Assembly (NCBI GenBank): GCA_964291415.2
Contig: OZ219918.1
Coordinates: 960,001-1,024,000, forward strand
Length of the DNA: 64,000 nucleotides
Origin: Alphaproteobacteria bacterium
GTDB lineage: Bacteria > Pseudomonadota > Alphaproteobacteria > SP197
Direction: 5' to 3'
The position numbers and the translations under genes are program-made. The notes under the pieces are model-generated. The model had not been told where the DNA came from. It saw only the letters and a program-made list of their open reading frames with translations, and searched no databases. Positions 9,931 through 18,888 of the stretch are shown here, piece after piece. Position 1 is the first letter of the stretch; the number at the start of each line of letters is the position of its first letter.

Positions 9931-10140
9931 ACACCTGCCGGCGTGGACGGGAAGTCAAGACTGCCCTCGACAAGGTGCGCTTGCAGCTCCCCGACAGCGA
10001 GACGCTTTCCGGCCTCACCGGAGCGATCAAGGCGAACCGGGCCGCCTTGGAGAGCTGTCGGACAAGCGTTCTGGCGGTCAGCGAACGCCTGCCCGGGGAC
10101 GACGAGACACTCGCTGGGCGGGCTCCTGAAGTCGTTCGCG

Positions 10141-10458
10141 GATACCACAACGTGGTGTTGGAGCTTCTGCGCCCGTCGGCGAAGCGGAGTCGTACTACGG
10201 GGTGGCGACCCTGCCGGCAGGCAGGCGCAGGGACATGTTGGCTCTGGCCTTCGAGGCCATTCTGGGGGAGGAGTTCGAGGGTCGCGTGCTGACATTCGAC
10301 AGCGACGCCGCGGGCGAGTGTGCGAAGATTGCCTCCGCCCGCACTCTGGCGCGATGGACTGCCGGATTGCGGCGATCGCCCGCTCGCTAGGCATGGCGGC
10401 AGCGACGCGTAATGTCCGGCATTTCCGCAACGCAGGTGTCGAGGTCGTCAATCCCTGA
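10141..10458 (+). pseudogene. Decayed VapC/FitB-like PIN toxin
   Basis: Fragments in different frames: DT-NVV-ELLRP, LPAGRRR...FEGRVLTFD, DCRIAAIARSLGMAAATRNVRHF.NAGVEVVNP. Confidence 0.75.
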
Positions 10459-10587
10459 ACGGCGGCGTGACCGGAGCTTTCCCGAACACGGCGATGGCGT
10501 GCGACGACAGTCTGGTGGGCGTGTCTGTTGCAATTCCTTCTGCACGGGGCCATCTAGGCTGTCGCGTTTCTGGTGGAGCGGACCGGC

Positions 10588-11808
10588 ATGTCAGAGAGCG
10601 ATCGCATTTTCGATATCGTCAGCGGTTCCGTACTTCGCGAAGGGCCGCCCGAAATCGACATGGGGCGGCTCTACCGCTATCGCACCGGAAGGTTGCGGGA
10701 AGCGCTCGAGCGCCACGACGCGGCGATGGTCATGCTCGTCAATCCGGTCAGCCTTCGCTATGCCGCGGACTACAGGACCTATCCGCTCTTCCAGTCGCAC
10801 ATTCCCTCGACCTACCTGTTCGTTGCCCGGGACGGCCCCTCCATCATGCACAACGGGTTCGGGGCGCAGCCCGGTGTCGACGAATCCCGGCCCGGCCGCT
10901 CGATCTCCTTCTTCGACGGCGCCGGCGAGATGGCCGAACAGGCAAGGCTGCTTGCAGGAGATATCGTGGACTATCTCGATGCCATCGGCAGCGACAATCG
11001 GCGGGTCATGATCGAGTACGTCAATCCCAGCGTGACCCAGGCGCTGTTGCAGCGAGGCCTCGAGGTGCTCGACGGCGTCGCCGCCGCCGAGGAGGCGCGG
11101 ATCATCAAGTCCGACGACGAGATTGCCTGCATGAAGTGGGCGGTGGCGGTGGCGGAGTTCGGGATCGGGCGGATGCGCGAGGCGCTCAGGCCCGGCGTCA
11201 GCGAGCTGCAGCTGTGGGGCCTGCTCAACTACACCAATCTCGCCAACAACGGCGACTGGCATGAAGGCCGCATGCTGGCCTCGGGTCCGCGGATCAACCC
11301 GTGGCTCCAGGAGGCCTCGCCCCGGACCGTCGAGGACGGCGACCTCGTGGGATTCGATACGGACATGGTGGGACCCTTCGGCTACTTCGCCGATATCTCG
11401 CGGACCTTTCACTGCGGCCCCTCGAGGCCGACGCGGCGCCAGAAGGAACTCTACCGGCTGGCTGTCGAGGAGGTCGAAAGCAACATCGAACTGCTCAAGC
11501 CCGGTATCACGCTGGAAGAGTTGCGTGACAGGGCATGGCCGGTGCCGGAGGAGTTCCGCGAGAACGCCTATTCCTGTGTCATCCACGGCGTCGGCATGTG
11601 CGACGAGTATCCCCAGGTCAAGCCGGCCTTCCGCCACAACACCGTCTATGACGGCACGATCGAGGCGGGCATGGTGATCTGCGTCGAGAGCTACATCGGC
11701 GCCGTCGGCGAAACCGACGGCGTCAAGCTCGAGCAGCAGGTTCTCGTGACCGCAGACGGCGCCGAGCCGCTGTCGACGTTCCCCTGGGAAGAATCGCTCC
11801 TCGACTGA
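10588..11808 (+). CDS. M24 metallopeptidase-fold protein, DddP (DMSP lyase)-like
   Basis: ASGPRINPWLQE, FDTDMVGPFGYFADISRT, HGVGMCDEYP, CVESYIG, VKLEQQVLVT. Confidence 0.8.
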   Translation: MSESDRIFDIVSGSVLREGPPEIDMGRLYRYRTGRLREALERHDAAMVMLVNPVSLRYAADYRTYPLFQSHIPSTYLFVARDGPSIMHNGFGAQPGVDESRPGRSISFFDGAGEMAEQARLLAGDIVDYLDAIGSDNRRVMIEYVNPSVTQALLQRGLEVLDGVAAAEEARIIKSDDEIACMKWAVAVAEFGIGRMREALRPGVSELQLWGLLNYTNLANNGDWHEGRMLASGPRINPWLQEASPRTVEDGDLVGFDTDMVGPFGYFADISRTFHCGPSRPTRRQKELYRLAVEEVESNIELLKPGITLEELRDRAWPVPEEFRENAYSCVIHGVGMCDEYPQVKPAFRHNTVYDGTIEAGMVICVESYIGAVGETDGVKLEQQVLVTADGAEPLSTFPWEESLLD

Positions 11809-11972
11809 CTCTCAGTCCGGTCCTTCGCGGCGCCTCCTTGCCGGGGCGAGGCCGACTTCGGACCCTTGTCAAGAGTGTCGCGGGTGACGTCCGTGTGCAG
11901 TCGGGTGTGACGGATCAACGGCATGGTCGTGAGGTCCTGCCAGCCGTCCCCGGCGCCTGGCAGGACCTTGTG

Positions 11973-12242
11973 CTCGACAAGCGCCTCCATGTCGACAAGG
12001 CGCCGGACACTGGCGTGGGAAGGTTGATGCCATGGCCTCGGCCATCGGCCGGTTTCTGTTGCCGGAAAAAGGTTTCGTGAAGCGTTCCGCATCTTCGAAT
12101 GCCGGGCACTTACGGCCAAGGGCGTCCGGCAGTGCAAGTCATGTCAGGCAAGGCGGATGACGGAGATCTGCCGGCCATAGTCCGGTTCATGCCGGAGCAC
12201 GCTCCGGCGATAGCTGAAGAAGCGCTCTTCCTCGAGACAGGT
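11973..12242. repeat. Right copy of the degenerate direct repeat (pgeF 3' end intact, prs 5' end decayed)
   Basis: Matches 8294-8577; the prs-like part has a deletion and ATG changed to ACG. Confidence 0.9.
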
Positions 12243-12902
12243 GTCGCCGCCCGTCCAGGCGGCATGGCGGATACCGCTTTGGCGAAGGCGATGGAGCACG
12301 TAGGCCGGGAGATCGAAGTGGAAATGACCCGGCCGGCGGGCAGTGCGGAAGTACTGTCCGTTGCGGGAGTCATCATCGGTGAATCTCTGGTGAAACTCCG
12401 GACCGACCTCATAGGACTCAAGGGCAATCGCTGGTCCGACCACGGCAACGATACGCTCGTGCCGGGCGCCAATTGCGACCATGGCGGCGACCACGGCGTC
12501 GGTGATTCCCCGCAACGCGCCTCCCCAGCCGGCGTGGGCGGCGCCGATGACGCCGGCTTCGCCGTCGGCCAGCAACACGGGCGCACAGTCAGCCGTCAGG
12601 ATGCCGAGCCCCAGCCCAGGCTCGCCGGTCACCATGCCGTCGGCCTTCGTGTTGGCCTCGGTTCCGTCCCTGACGATGACGGCATCGGCGCTGTGGACCT
12701 GATAGAGCGTGACGAGACCGGCCGGCTCGAGGTCGAGGGCGCGGGCAATGAGGGCGCGGTTCGCGGTCACACACTGCCGGTCGTCCCCGGAGCCTCGGCC
12801 GGCATTGAGGGATGCATAGAGCCCCTGGCTGGTGCCTCCCTTTCGCTCGAAGAATCCGTGACGCACGCCGGGGCAACCGGTGAGGAGGGGGTCCGTGATC
12901 AC
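12144..12902 (-). CDS. pgeF: Peptidoglycan editing factor PgeF (YfiH/laccase domain)
   Basis: HGFFERKGG, QVHSA, TADCAPVL, AAHAGWGG, FFSYRRS. Confidence 0.93.
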   Translation of the reverse strand: MITDPLLTGCPGVRHGFFERKGGTSQGLYASLNAGRGSGDDRQCVTANRALIARALDLEPAGLVTLYQVHSADAVIVRDGTEANTKADGMVTGEPGLGLGILTADCAPVLLADGEAGVIGAAHAGWGGALRGITDAVVAAMVAIGARHERIVAVVGPAIALESYEVGPEFHQRFTDDDSRNGQYFRTARRPGHFHFDLPAYVLHRLRQSGIRHAAWTGGDTCLEEERFFSYRRSVLRHEPDYGRQISVIRLA

Positions 12903-13957
12903 TGCTCGAAACCCGCTGGCGGAACGGCTCCGGCGGGAAGCAGCGCCATCACGCGGAAGTCCTCACCCATGGCATCCGGCGATGTCAGCCGGTGCACACC
13001 CTGATCGATACCGTTCGCTGTTTCCGCCGCTGCGCAGCGTTTCAGGCGTTCGGCACGCACGGCAATCCCCATCTCTTCCAGGAAGGCTCCCTGGGATACC
13101 GGACCAAAGACCTCCAGACCTTCTGCCTTGGCAATGTTGCCGAGAACGGCAAAATCCACTGCGGCGGCAAGGTCCGCCTCTCCCGGGGCGGCCAGGCGGT
13201 CGGCGTGCCGGTGATGCCGGACCGCCTGGAGCGTATCGCGCACCGGCATGCCGGGAGCCGTGAAGTCGATCACCAGCATGGCGCCACCCTCCGCCGCCAG
13301 TTTCGCGGCAAGGGTCCGCATGAGCCTGTCACGGGCCGGCGAGATCTCGCACACGCGCCCTGTCGGAGCATCAGGCAGTGAAGCGGCGAGGCCGCAGTTG
13401 TCCATGCCGAGAACGAATGCGACCGTGTCATCCTCGACCATGACCAGGCGTTCCCGCCAGCCGGCGGCGGTGCGCACGAACTGCCTCACGGGCAGGGCAT
13501 CAAGAAACTCGTTGGCGATGATGAATGCCGGCCCGCGGCATGGAAGCTCCTCCACGCTGGAACACCACGAGACGGCCCTGCCGGAAAGAGTTTCGCGCTG
13601 CCGTCGGGCAAGACGGGCGCTGGCCTCGACCAACACGACATCGAAGGGCTGGGGTTCGCCAGTGGCCGACTCGATGGCACGCAGGGCATCGGCCATGAGT
13701 GTTCCGCTTCCGGGCCCGAGCTCCACGAGCATGGCAGGGCGTGGCGAACCTGCCGTCTGCCATGCCGTGTAACACCACAGGCCGAGCAGTTCGCCGAACA
13801 TCTGGCTGATTTCCGGAGCGGTCACGAAGTCGCCGGCAGCACCGAAGGGCTGCCTGCGGATGTAGTAGCCGTGATCGGGATCGAGCAGCGCGAGTTCCAT
13901 GTAACGTTCGACGGTGATCGGTCCGGCCTCGCCGATCCTCTGGACCAGCGTCGTCAT
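12899..13957 (-). CDS. SAM-dependent methyltransferase, MidA/NDUFAF7 family
   Basis: GYY...FGAAGDFVTAPEISQMFGE, VELGPGSG, ANEFLDALP. Confidence 0.92.
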   Translation of the reverse strand: MTTLVQRIGEAGPITVERYMELALLDPDHGYYIRRQPFGAAGDFVTAPEISQMFGELLGLWCYTAWQTAGSPRPAMLVELGPGSGTLMADALRAIESATGEPQPFDVVLVEASARLARRQRETLSGRAVSWCSSVEELPCRGPAFIIANEFLDALPVRQFVRTAAGWRERLVMVEDDTVAFVLGMDNCGLAASLPDAPTGRVCEISPARDRLMRTLAAKLAAEGGAMLVIDFTAPGMPVRDTLQAVRHHRHADRLAAPGEADLAAAVDFAVLGNIAKAEGLEVFGPVSQGAFLEEMGIAVRAERLKRCAAAETANGIDQGVHRLTSPDAMGEDFRVMALLPAGAVPPAGFEQ

Positions 13958-14745
13958 GCCCGACGGCGCGCCATCACGAGGAGCGCGATGCCGGCCGCCG
14001 CCATGGGCAGGGACAACAACTGCCCCATGGTCATGGCTCCGGCGACGAAACCAAGGTGACTGTCGGGTTCCCGGAACACCTCGGCCGCTGACCGGAAGAC
14101 CGCGTAACCCGTGAGAAAGAGACCGGTCATCAGGCCGGGCCGCTCACGCCAGCCGGGCCGCGCCCATGCAATTCTCATGACGACGAGGAGCACCAGTCCC
14201 TCCAGTGCCGCCTCGTAGAGTTGGCTTGGATGGCGCGGCGTCTCCGGATCCGATGGAAACAGGACGGCCCATGGCACCTCCGTTGGCCGGCCATAGAGTT
14301 CACCGTTGACGAAGTTGGCGAGTCGTCCGAGCAGGAGGCCGATCGGCGCCACGCACGCCATGACATCCGAAAACGCCAGCAACGGTGTTCCGTGGCGTCG
14401 CGCATGGAACACGGCGGCGAGGGCCACGCCGAGACAGCCGCCGTGGAACGACATGCCACCCTGCCACAGGGCGAAGGCTTCCAGCGGGTGGTTCAGGAAC
14501 CACGCGGGCTGGTAGACCAGGACATAGCCCAGGCGACCGCCGACGATGATGCCCAGCGTTGCCCAGAGCAGGAAGTCATCGACTGCGGCGCGCGGGATGG
14601 TCGCGGGAGACGAGCGGGCCAGCACGATGGCGTAGCGCCAGCCCAGCAGGATTCCGGCGATATAGGCAAGGGCATACCACCTGATGGCGAGAGGGCCGAT
14701 CTCGATCAGGGTGGCATCGATGGCTGGAAAGGCGATGGCGAACAT
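13954..14745 (-). CDS. lgt: Prolipoprotein diacylglyceryl transferase
   Basis: IRWYALAY, GGRLGYV, GGMSFHGG, GRLANFVNGELYGR, HPSQLYE. Confidence 0.97.
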   Translation of the reverse strand: MFAIAFPAIDATLIEIGPLAIRWYALAYIAGILLGWRYAIVLARSSPATIPRAAVDDFLLWATLGIIVGGRLGYVLVYQPAWFLNHPLEAFALWQGGMSFHGGCLGVALAAVFHARRHGTPLLAFSDVMACVAPIGLLLGRLANFVNGELYGRPTEVPWAVLFPSDPETPRHPSQLYEAALEGLVLLVVMRIAWARPGWRERPGLMTGLFLTGYAVFRSAAEVFREPDSHLGFVAGAMTMGQLLSLPMAAAGIALLVMARRRA

Positions 14746-14869
14746 GGGCGGCACCCGGAGATACCCGAAGATAAGGGCGAGGTCGTGCTGGCGTCCACCT
14801 CCGGAAAGTCTGGATTTTGCCCGCCGGATACGGCAACCATGGGATCAGACGGTCGCCCGGAGATCCGCC

Positions 14870-15133
14870 ATGCAGACAGACAACAGGATCCTCGACGACA
14901 TGGCTCGCGTTCTGTCAGGCGCGCTCAGCGTTGCCGGCGGCGCCAGAGCCGAGATGCGGCAGCGCGCCCGCCAGCATGCCGAATTGCTGCTGGCGCGCAT
15001 GGACCTCGTGCGTCGCGAGGAATTCGAGGTGGTCCGTGACATGGCGGCCCTGGCGCGCGAGGAGAATGAGAGACTCGCCCGGCGCGTCGACGAACTCGAG
15101 AGTGCCGTCAAGCGTCGTAAACGGCGCACCTGA
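14870..15133 (+). CDS. Accessory factor UbiK family protein
   Basis: MQTDNRILDDMAR...MDLVRREEFEVV; divergent from lgt. Confidence 0.85.
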   Translation: MQTDNRILDDMARVLSGALSVAGGARAEMRQRARQHAELLLARMDLVRREEFEVVRDMAALAREENERLARRVDELESAVKRRKRRT

Positions 15134-15227
15134 GGCGCCTGGCTCCACCTTGCCAGCGTCACCGCAGTTTGGCAGTTTGTTGGCGATTCCACGATCTCCT
15201 GACATTTCGTTCTGGTAGGGCCTTCAT

Positions 15228-15731
15228 GTGACCAGTCTCCAGGAACATCCCGGCAAGCCGGATCAGCATGCGCTTGATCCGGTCGAACGGTTCATTGCCT
15301 ACCATGGCTGGACACACGAGCGGGTCAACGACAACGAACTCGCGGTCGAGATTGCCGGCCGCTGGTGCGTCTACCGAATCTGGTTCGGCTGGGAAGAGGA
15401 ACTGGCCTGCATCATGATGTCATGCGCGCTCGACATGCAGGTCCCGGAAGCCAGCATCAAGTCTGTTCATTCACTCCTCGCCTATGTGAACGAGCGCCTC
15501 TGGGTCGGCCATTTCGACGTGTTCGCCGACGAGAGCGTGCCGACATTCCGCCAGGCCATTCTGCTCAACGGACAGGGATATCCCACCGAGGAACTCCTGG
15601 GCGACGTGATCGACATCACCATTTCGGAATGCGAACGGTTCTACCCCGCCTTCCAGTACGTGATCTGGCAGGGCAAGTCTGCCGAAGAGGCGGTCCAGGC
15701 GGCGATCATCGATCCCGTCGGCGAGGCCTGA
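15228..15731 (+). CDS. YbjN domain (DUF1790) protein
   Basis: NERLWVGHFD, ECERFYPAFQYVIW, ends VGEA; ubiK-ybjN-proC synteny. Confidence 0.85.
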   Translation: MTSLQEHPGKPDQHALDPVERFIAYHGWTHERVNDNELAVEIAGRWCVYRIWFGWEEELACIMMSCALDMQVPEASIKSVHSLLAYVNERLWVGHFDVFADESVPTFRQAILLNGQGYPTEELLGDVIDITISECERFYPAFQYVIWQGKSAEEAVQAAIIDPVGEA

Positions 15732-15734
15732 CCG

Positions 15735-16550
15735 GTGGCGTTGCCGGCTCCGATCCTGCTCCTGGGGTGCGGCAGGATGGGCAGTGCCATGCTGTCCGGC
15801 TGGGTGAGCCGGGGCGTGGCTCCGGACACCATCACTGTGGTCGAGCCCGACCCTGAGGCGGCCGGACGTGCGCACCGGCGCCACGGCGTCGAAGTCGCGG
15901 AAACGGTGCCGTCGGGTCTGGAACCGGCTGTGGTCGTCTTTGCCGTCAAGCCGCAGATCATGGAGGACGTCGCCGGATCACTTGGAGATGCTCTGGACCG
16001 GCGCCCGCTCGTCGTCTCCATTGCCGCCGGCAAGACGCTCGCCTGGTTCGAACGGCATCTCGGGCCGGATGTTCCGGTGGTACGCACCATGCCCAATACG
16101 CCAGCGGCCATCGGCAGGGGAATCACGGCCCTGGCAGCGAACAGGCACGTGACGCGCGCGTCGAGGGGAACGGCCGAGTCATTGCTGGCAAGTGTCGGGG
16201 AAACCGTCTGGCTGGATGACGAGTCGCTCATGGATGCCGTGACGGCGCTTTCCGGCGGTGGTCCTGCGTATGTCTTTCTGCTCATCGAGACCCTGACCCG
16301 TGCCGGTATCGCGCATGGCCTCCCCGAGGCGGTTGCGTCCAGGCTGGCTCTCCACACGGTGGCCGGTGCCGGTGAACTGGCCCTGCAGGCGGACGAGACT
16401 CCGGCCGAACTGCGGCGCAACGTCTCGAGTCCCGGCGGAACAACGCTTGAAGCCCTCGGCGTTCTCATGGCCGAAGACGGCTTGCAGCCGTTGTTTGACC
16501 GCGCCGTCGGTGCGGCGACCCGCCGCTCCAGGGAACTCGGCCGGCAGTAA
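15735..16550 (+). CDS. proC: Pyrroline-5-carboxylate reductase
   Basis: LGCGRMG, FAVKPQ, RTMPNTP, ALSGGGPAY, VSSPGGTT. Confidence 0.96.
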   Translation: MALPAPILLLGCGRMGSAMLSGWVSRGVAPDTITVVEPDPEAAGRAHRRHGVEVAETVPSGLEPAVVVFAVKPQIMEDVAGSLGDALDRRPLVVSIAAGKTLAWFERHLGPDVPVVRTMPNTPAAIGRGITALAANRHVTRASRGTAESLLASVGETVWLDDESLMDAVTALSGGGPAYVFLLIETLTRAGIAHGLPEAVASRLALHTVAGAGELALQADETPAELRRNVSSPGGTTLEALGVLMAEDGLQPLFDRAVGAATRRSRELGRQ

Positions 16551-16620
16551 CGCAGCGGTTCCGGTTTGCCACCGAAGGCATGGCGGACTACTCTCGATGC
16601 AGCCGGAAGCGGGAAGGAGA

Positions 16621-17226
16621 ATGCCCAGGAAAGCGAAGGTTTCCGATGTGGTCCTCGACGCCGCCCTGGAATTGGCGGCCACGGCAGGCTGGCGCGATCT
16701 CACCATGCGTGACGTCGCCGAGGCAAGCGGTGTCTCCCTGGCGGAACTCCACGCGGTCTATCCGACGCGCAACGCCATTCTGAAGGCTTTCTCGGCCCGC
16801 ATCGATGCCGCGGTGCTGGCCGCCGATGCCGGCGATCTTGGCGATGAGTCACCAAGAGACCGCCTGTTCGATGTCATCATGCGCAGGCTTGATGTGCTGT
16901 CGGCCCACCGCAAGGCGGCCTGGTCCATCATCCGTGCCTCACTGGGGAACCCGGCGTCGGCCCTTCAGGGGTTCTGCCTGACGCAGGCCTCGATGCGATG
17001 GATGCTCGAGGCGGCGGGGATCGATGCCGGAGGCCCGGCAGGTGCCCTGCGCACGAAGGGCCTCGTGCTGGTCTGGCTCGATGTCCTTCGAGTCTGGCAG
17101 TCGGACGAGAGCGAGGACATGGCGCGTACCATGGCCCATCTCGACAGGAGGCTGGCCCTGGCCGAACGTCTGCAGAACTTCGCCTGGCGTGCGCCGAGGC
17201 CGGAACCCGAAGAGGCCGGTGCGTGA
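16621..17226 (+). CDS. TetR family transcriptional regulator
   Basis: AALELAATAGWRDLTMRDVAEASGVS HTH; RDRLFDVIMRR. Confidence 0.85.
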   Translation: MPRKAKVSDVVLDAALELAATAGWRDLTMRDVAEASGVSLAELHAVYPTRNAILKAFSARIDAAVLAADAGDLGDESPRDRLFDVIMRRLDVLSAHRKAAWSIIRASLGNPASALQGFCLTQASMRWMLEAAGIDAGGPAGALRTKGLVLVWLDVLRVWQSDESEDMARTMAHLDRRLALAERLQNFAWRAPRPEPEEAGA

Positions 17227-17567
17227 GCACCTCCGTCATTCCGTTCGACACATTCCTGGACGTCGATATGCGGGCTGGCACCGTGGTCCGTGCCGAACCC
17301 TTTCCCGAGGCCCGCAAACCGGCTCTGAAGCTGTGGATCGATTTCGGAAAGGACATCGGCACACGCAAGAGTTCTGCGCAGATCACCGACCACTATTCGG
17401 CCGATGATCTTGTCGGCCGTCAGGTCGTCGCCGTGGTCAACTTTGCGCCGCGCCAGATCGGTCCCTTCATGTCGGAGGTCCTCACCCTGGGATTTGCCGA
17501 TCACGATGGCGCCATCGTGCTCGTTTCTCCCGACAGCAGCGTCCCCGACGGAGTCCGTCTCGGGTAG
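17223..17567 (+). CDS. csaA: tRNA-binding/secretion chaperone CsaA
   Basis: VDMRAGTV, FPEARKPA, KSSAQIT, VVNFAPRQIG. Confidence 0.92.
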   Translation: MSTSVIPFDTFLDVDMRAGTVVRAEPFPEARKPALKLWIDFGKDIGTRKSSAQITDHYSADDLVGRQVVAVVNFAPRQIGPFMSEVLTLGFADHDGAIVLVSPDSSVPDGVRLG

Positions 17568-17573
17568 GACGTC

Positions 17574-18350
17574 CTACAACCAGCCGTTCTCCCGCAAGGC
17601 CGGCTGGAAGGAGCGGCTGACCGGCACCCTGGAACCATTGCTGAGTTCCAGAAAGATGCGGCCGTCTCGCCGCACCACACGACTGACAGCGTCCCGCGCC
17701 ACCCAGTGGGAACGATGGACCTGCATGCCATCGAGACCCTCCACTTCGCGCAGGGCATCGCGGAATCGCAGCAGCACGAGCTCGCTTCCCTTCGCCGTCG
17801 CCGCCTCGACATAGTGATCCTGCATGTGAAGGTGAAGCAGGTCCCCACCCAGCCGGGCGGGCAAGCGTGACAGGAAAGGCGACCGGGCAGGCGGAGGCGA
17901 CGTGGCGCTCGCTTCGCGCGCCTGCAACGGCAGTTCGACGAAGTGCCAGGCAAGGAACGCCAACACGAGATAGACCACCAAGACGCAGGCGTAGAGCCAC
18001 GCCAGCATGGTCGCCGATGTGGCGGTTCCGGCAAGCCCCCATTCGAGAATCCACACGATGCCCGTGCCGGGCAGGGCGGCGATCAGGGAGCCTGCTGCAA
18101 TGCCGGCAAAAGCGGGCTTTCCCGCCTGCAGGAAGAGGCGGATGGCGAAGGGGACGGTCGCCAGGGCAATCAGCCAGTTGCCGGCAATGGCCACGGCCCA
18201 GTAGGCCACCAGGACCCCCGGCTCGAGGCGGGTGGCCGTGCCGAAGGGTCCGAGCCACGAAAAGACGGCAATCGCCAGCACCACAGCGATGAGATGGCGA
18301 CGCAGGCGTCGTGTCGATTCGCGTGACGCGAACGGCAACGTGACATTCAT
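17574..18350 (-). CDS. Membrane-anchored LytTR DNA-binding protein
   Basis: N-terminal hydrophobic segments; C-terminal QDHYVE...GMQVHRSHWVA...VPVSRS. Confidence 0.88.
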   Translation of the reverse strand: MNVTLPFASRESTRRLRRHLIAVVLAIAVFSWLGPFGTATRLEPGVLVAYWAVAIAGNWLIALATVPFAIRLFLQAGKPAFAGIAAGSLIAALPGTGIVWILEWGLAGTATSATMLAWLYACVLVVYLVLAFLAWHFVELPLQAREASATSPPPARSPFLSRLPARLGGDLLHLHMQDHYVEAATAKGSELVLLRFRDALREVEGLDGMQVHRSHWVARDAVSRVVRRDGRIFLELSNGSRVPVSRSFQPALRENGWL

Positions 18351-18448
18351 CGGCGAATGATCCCTGCCTTTCACGCAATGACGATTGAAGCTCCGCAGGA
18401 CCGTGCCGAAATGACGGCGGTGTTTCAACTGACAGGGGCCAATTCATC

Positions 18449-18877
18449 ATGAAACGACTGACGACACTCGCTGCTGCGATCCTCGGATTCCATGCTCCCG
18501 TTCTCGCGGGCGAACTGGCCATCGACGTGACCGGAATCCGCTCCGGTGACGGGCGTGTTCTCCTGGCCCTGCACCAGGAGCATGCCGGCATCAGCTTCCC
18601 CGATGACCGGGGCGCCGTGGCAGGCGTCTGGGTGAATGCGGTCGCTGGCACGTTCAGCCTCGTGTTCCCGGATCTTGCCGAAGGCCGCTATGCCGTTTCC
18701 GTCATGCACGACGAGAATGGCGACGGCGCACTCGATGCCAACCTCCTTGGCGTGCCAACGGAGGGCTACGGTTTCTCCAATGATGCCACCGGCATCATGG
18801 GTCCCCCCGACTTTTCCGATGCCAGCGTGGTGGTGGGCGATGAGCCTGTCCATTCCGTCATCACGTTGCGCTACTAG
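18449..18877 (+). CDS. DUF2141 exported protein
   Basis: Signal peptide; GRYAVSVMHDENGDG.LD.NLLGVPTEGYGFSND...GPPDF. Confidence 0.88.
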   Translation: MKRLTTLAAAILGFHAPVLAGELAIDVTGIRSGDGRVLLALHQEHAGISFPDDRGAVAGVWVNAVAGTFSLVFPDLAEGRYAVSVMHDENGDGALDANLLGVPTEGYGFSNDATGIMGPPDFSDASVVVGDEPVHSVITLRY

Positions 18878-18888
18878 GGGAGGTGACC

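Noticed and set aside
9394-10458. 354-aa ORF as a transposase-PIN fusion
   Set aside because: Chance read-through across unrelated decayed fragments in mixed frames
1-12242. Diversity-generating retroelement (TR/VR) reading of the degenerate repeats
   Set aside because: In the pgeF part compared base by base, mismatches affect all four bases; indels also occur; no reverse transcriptase in the window
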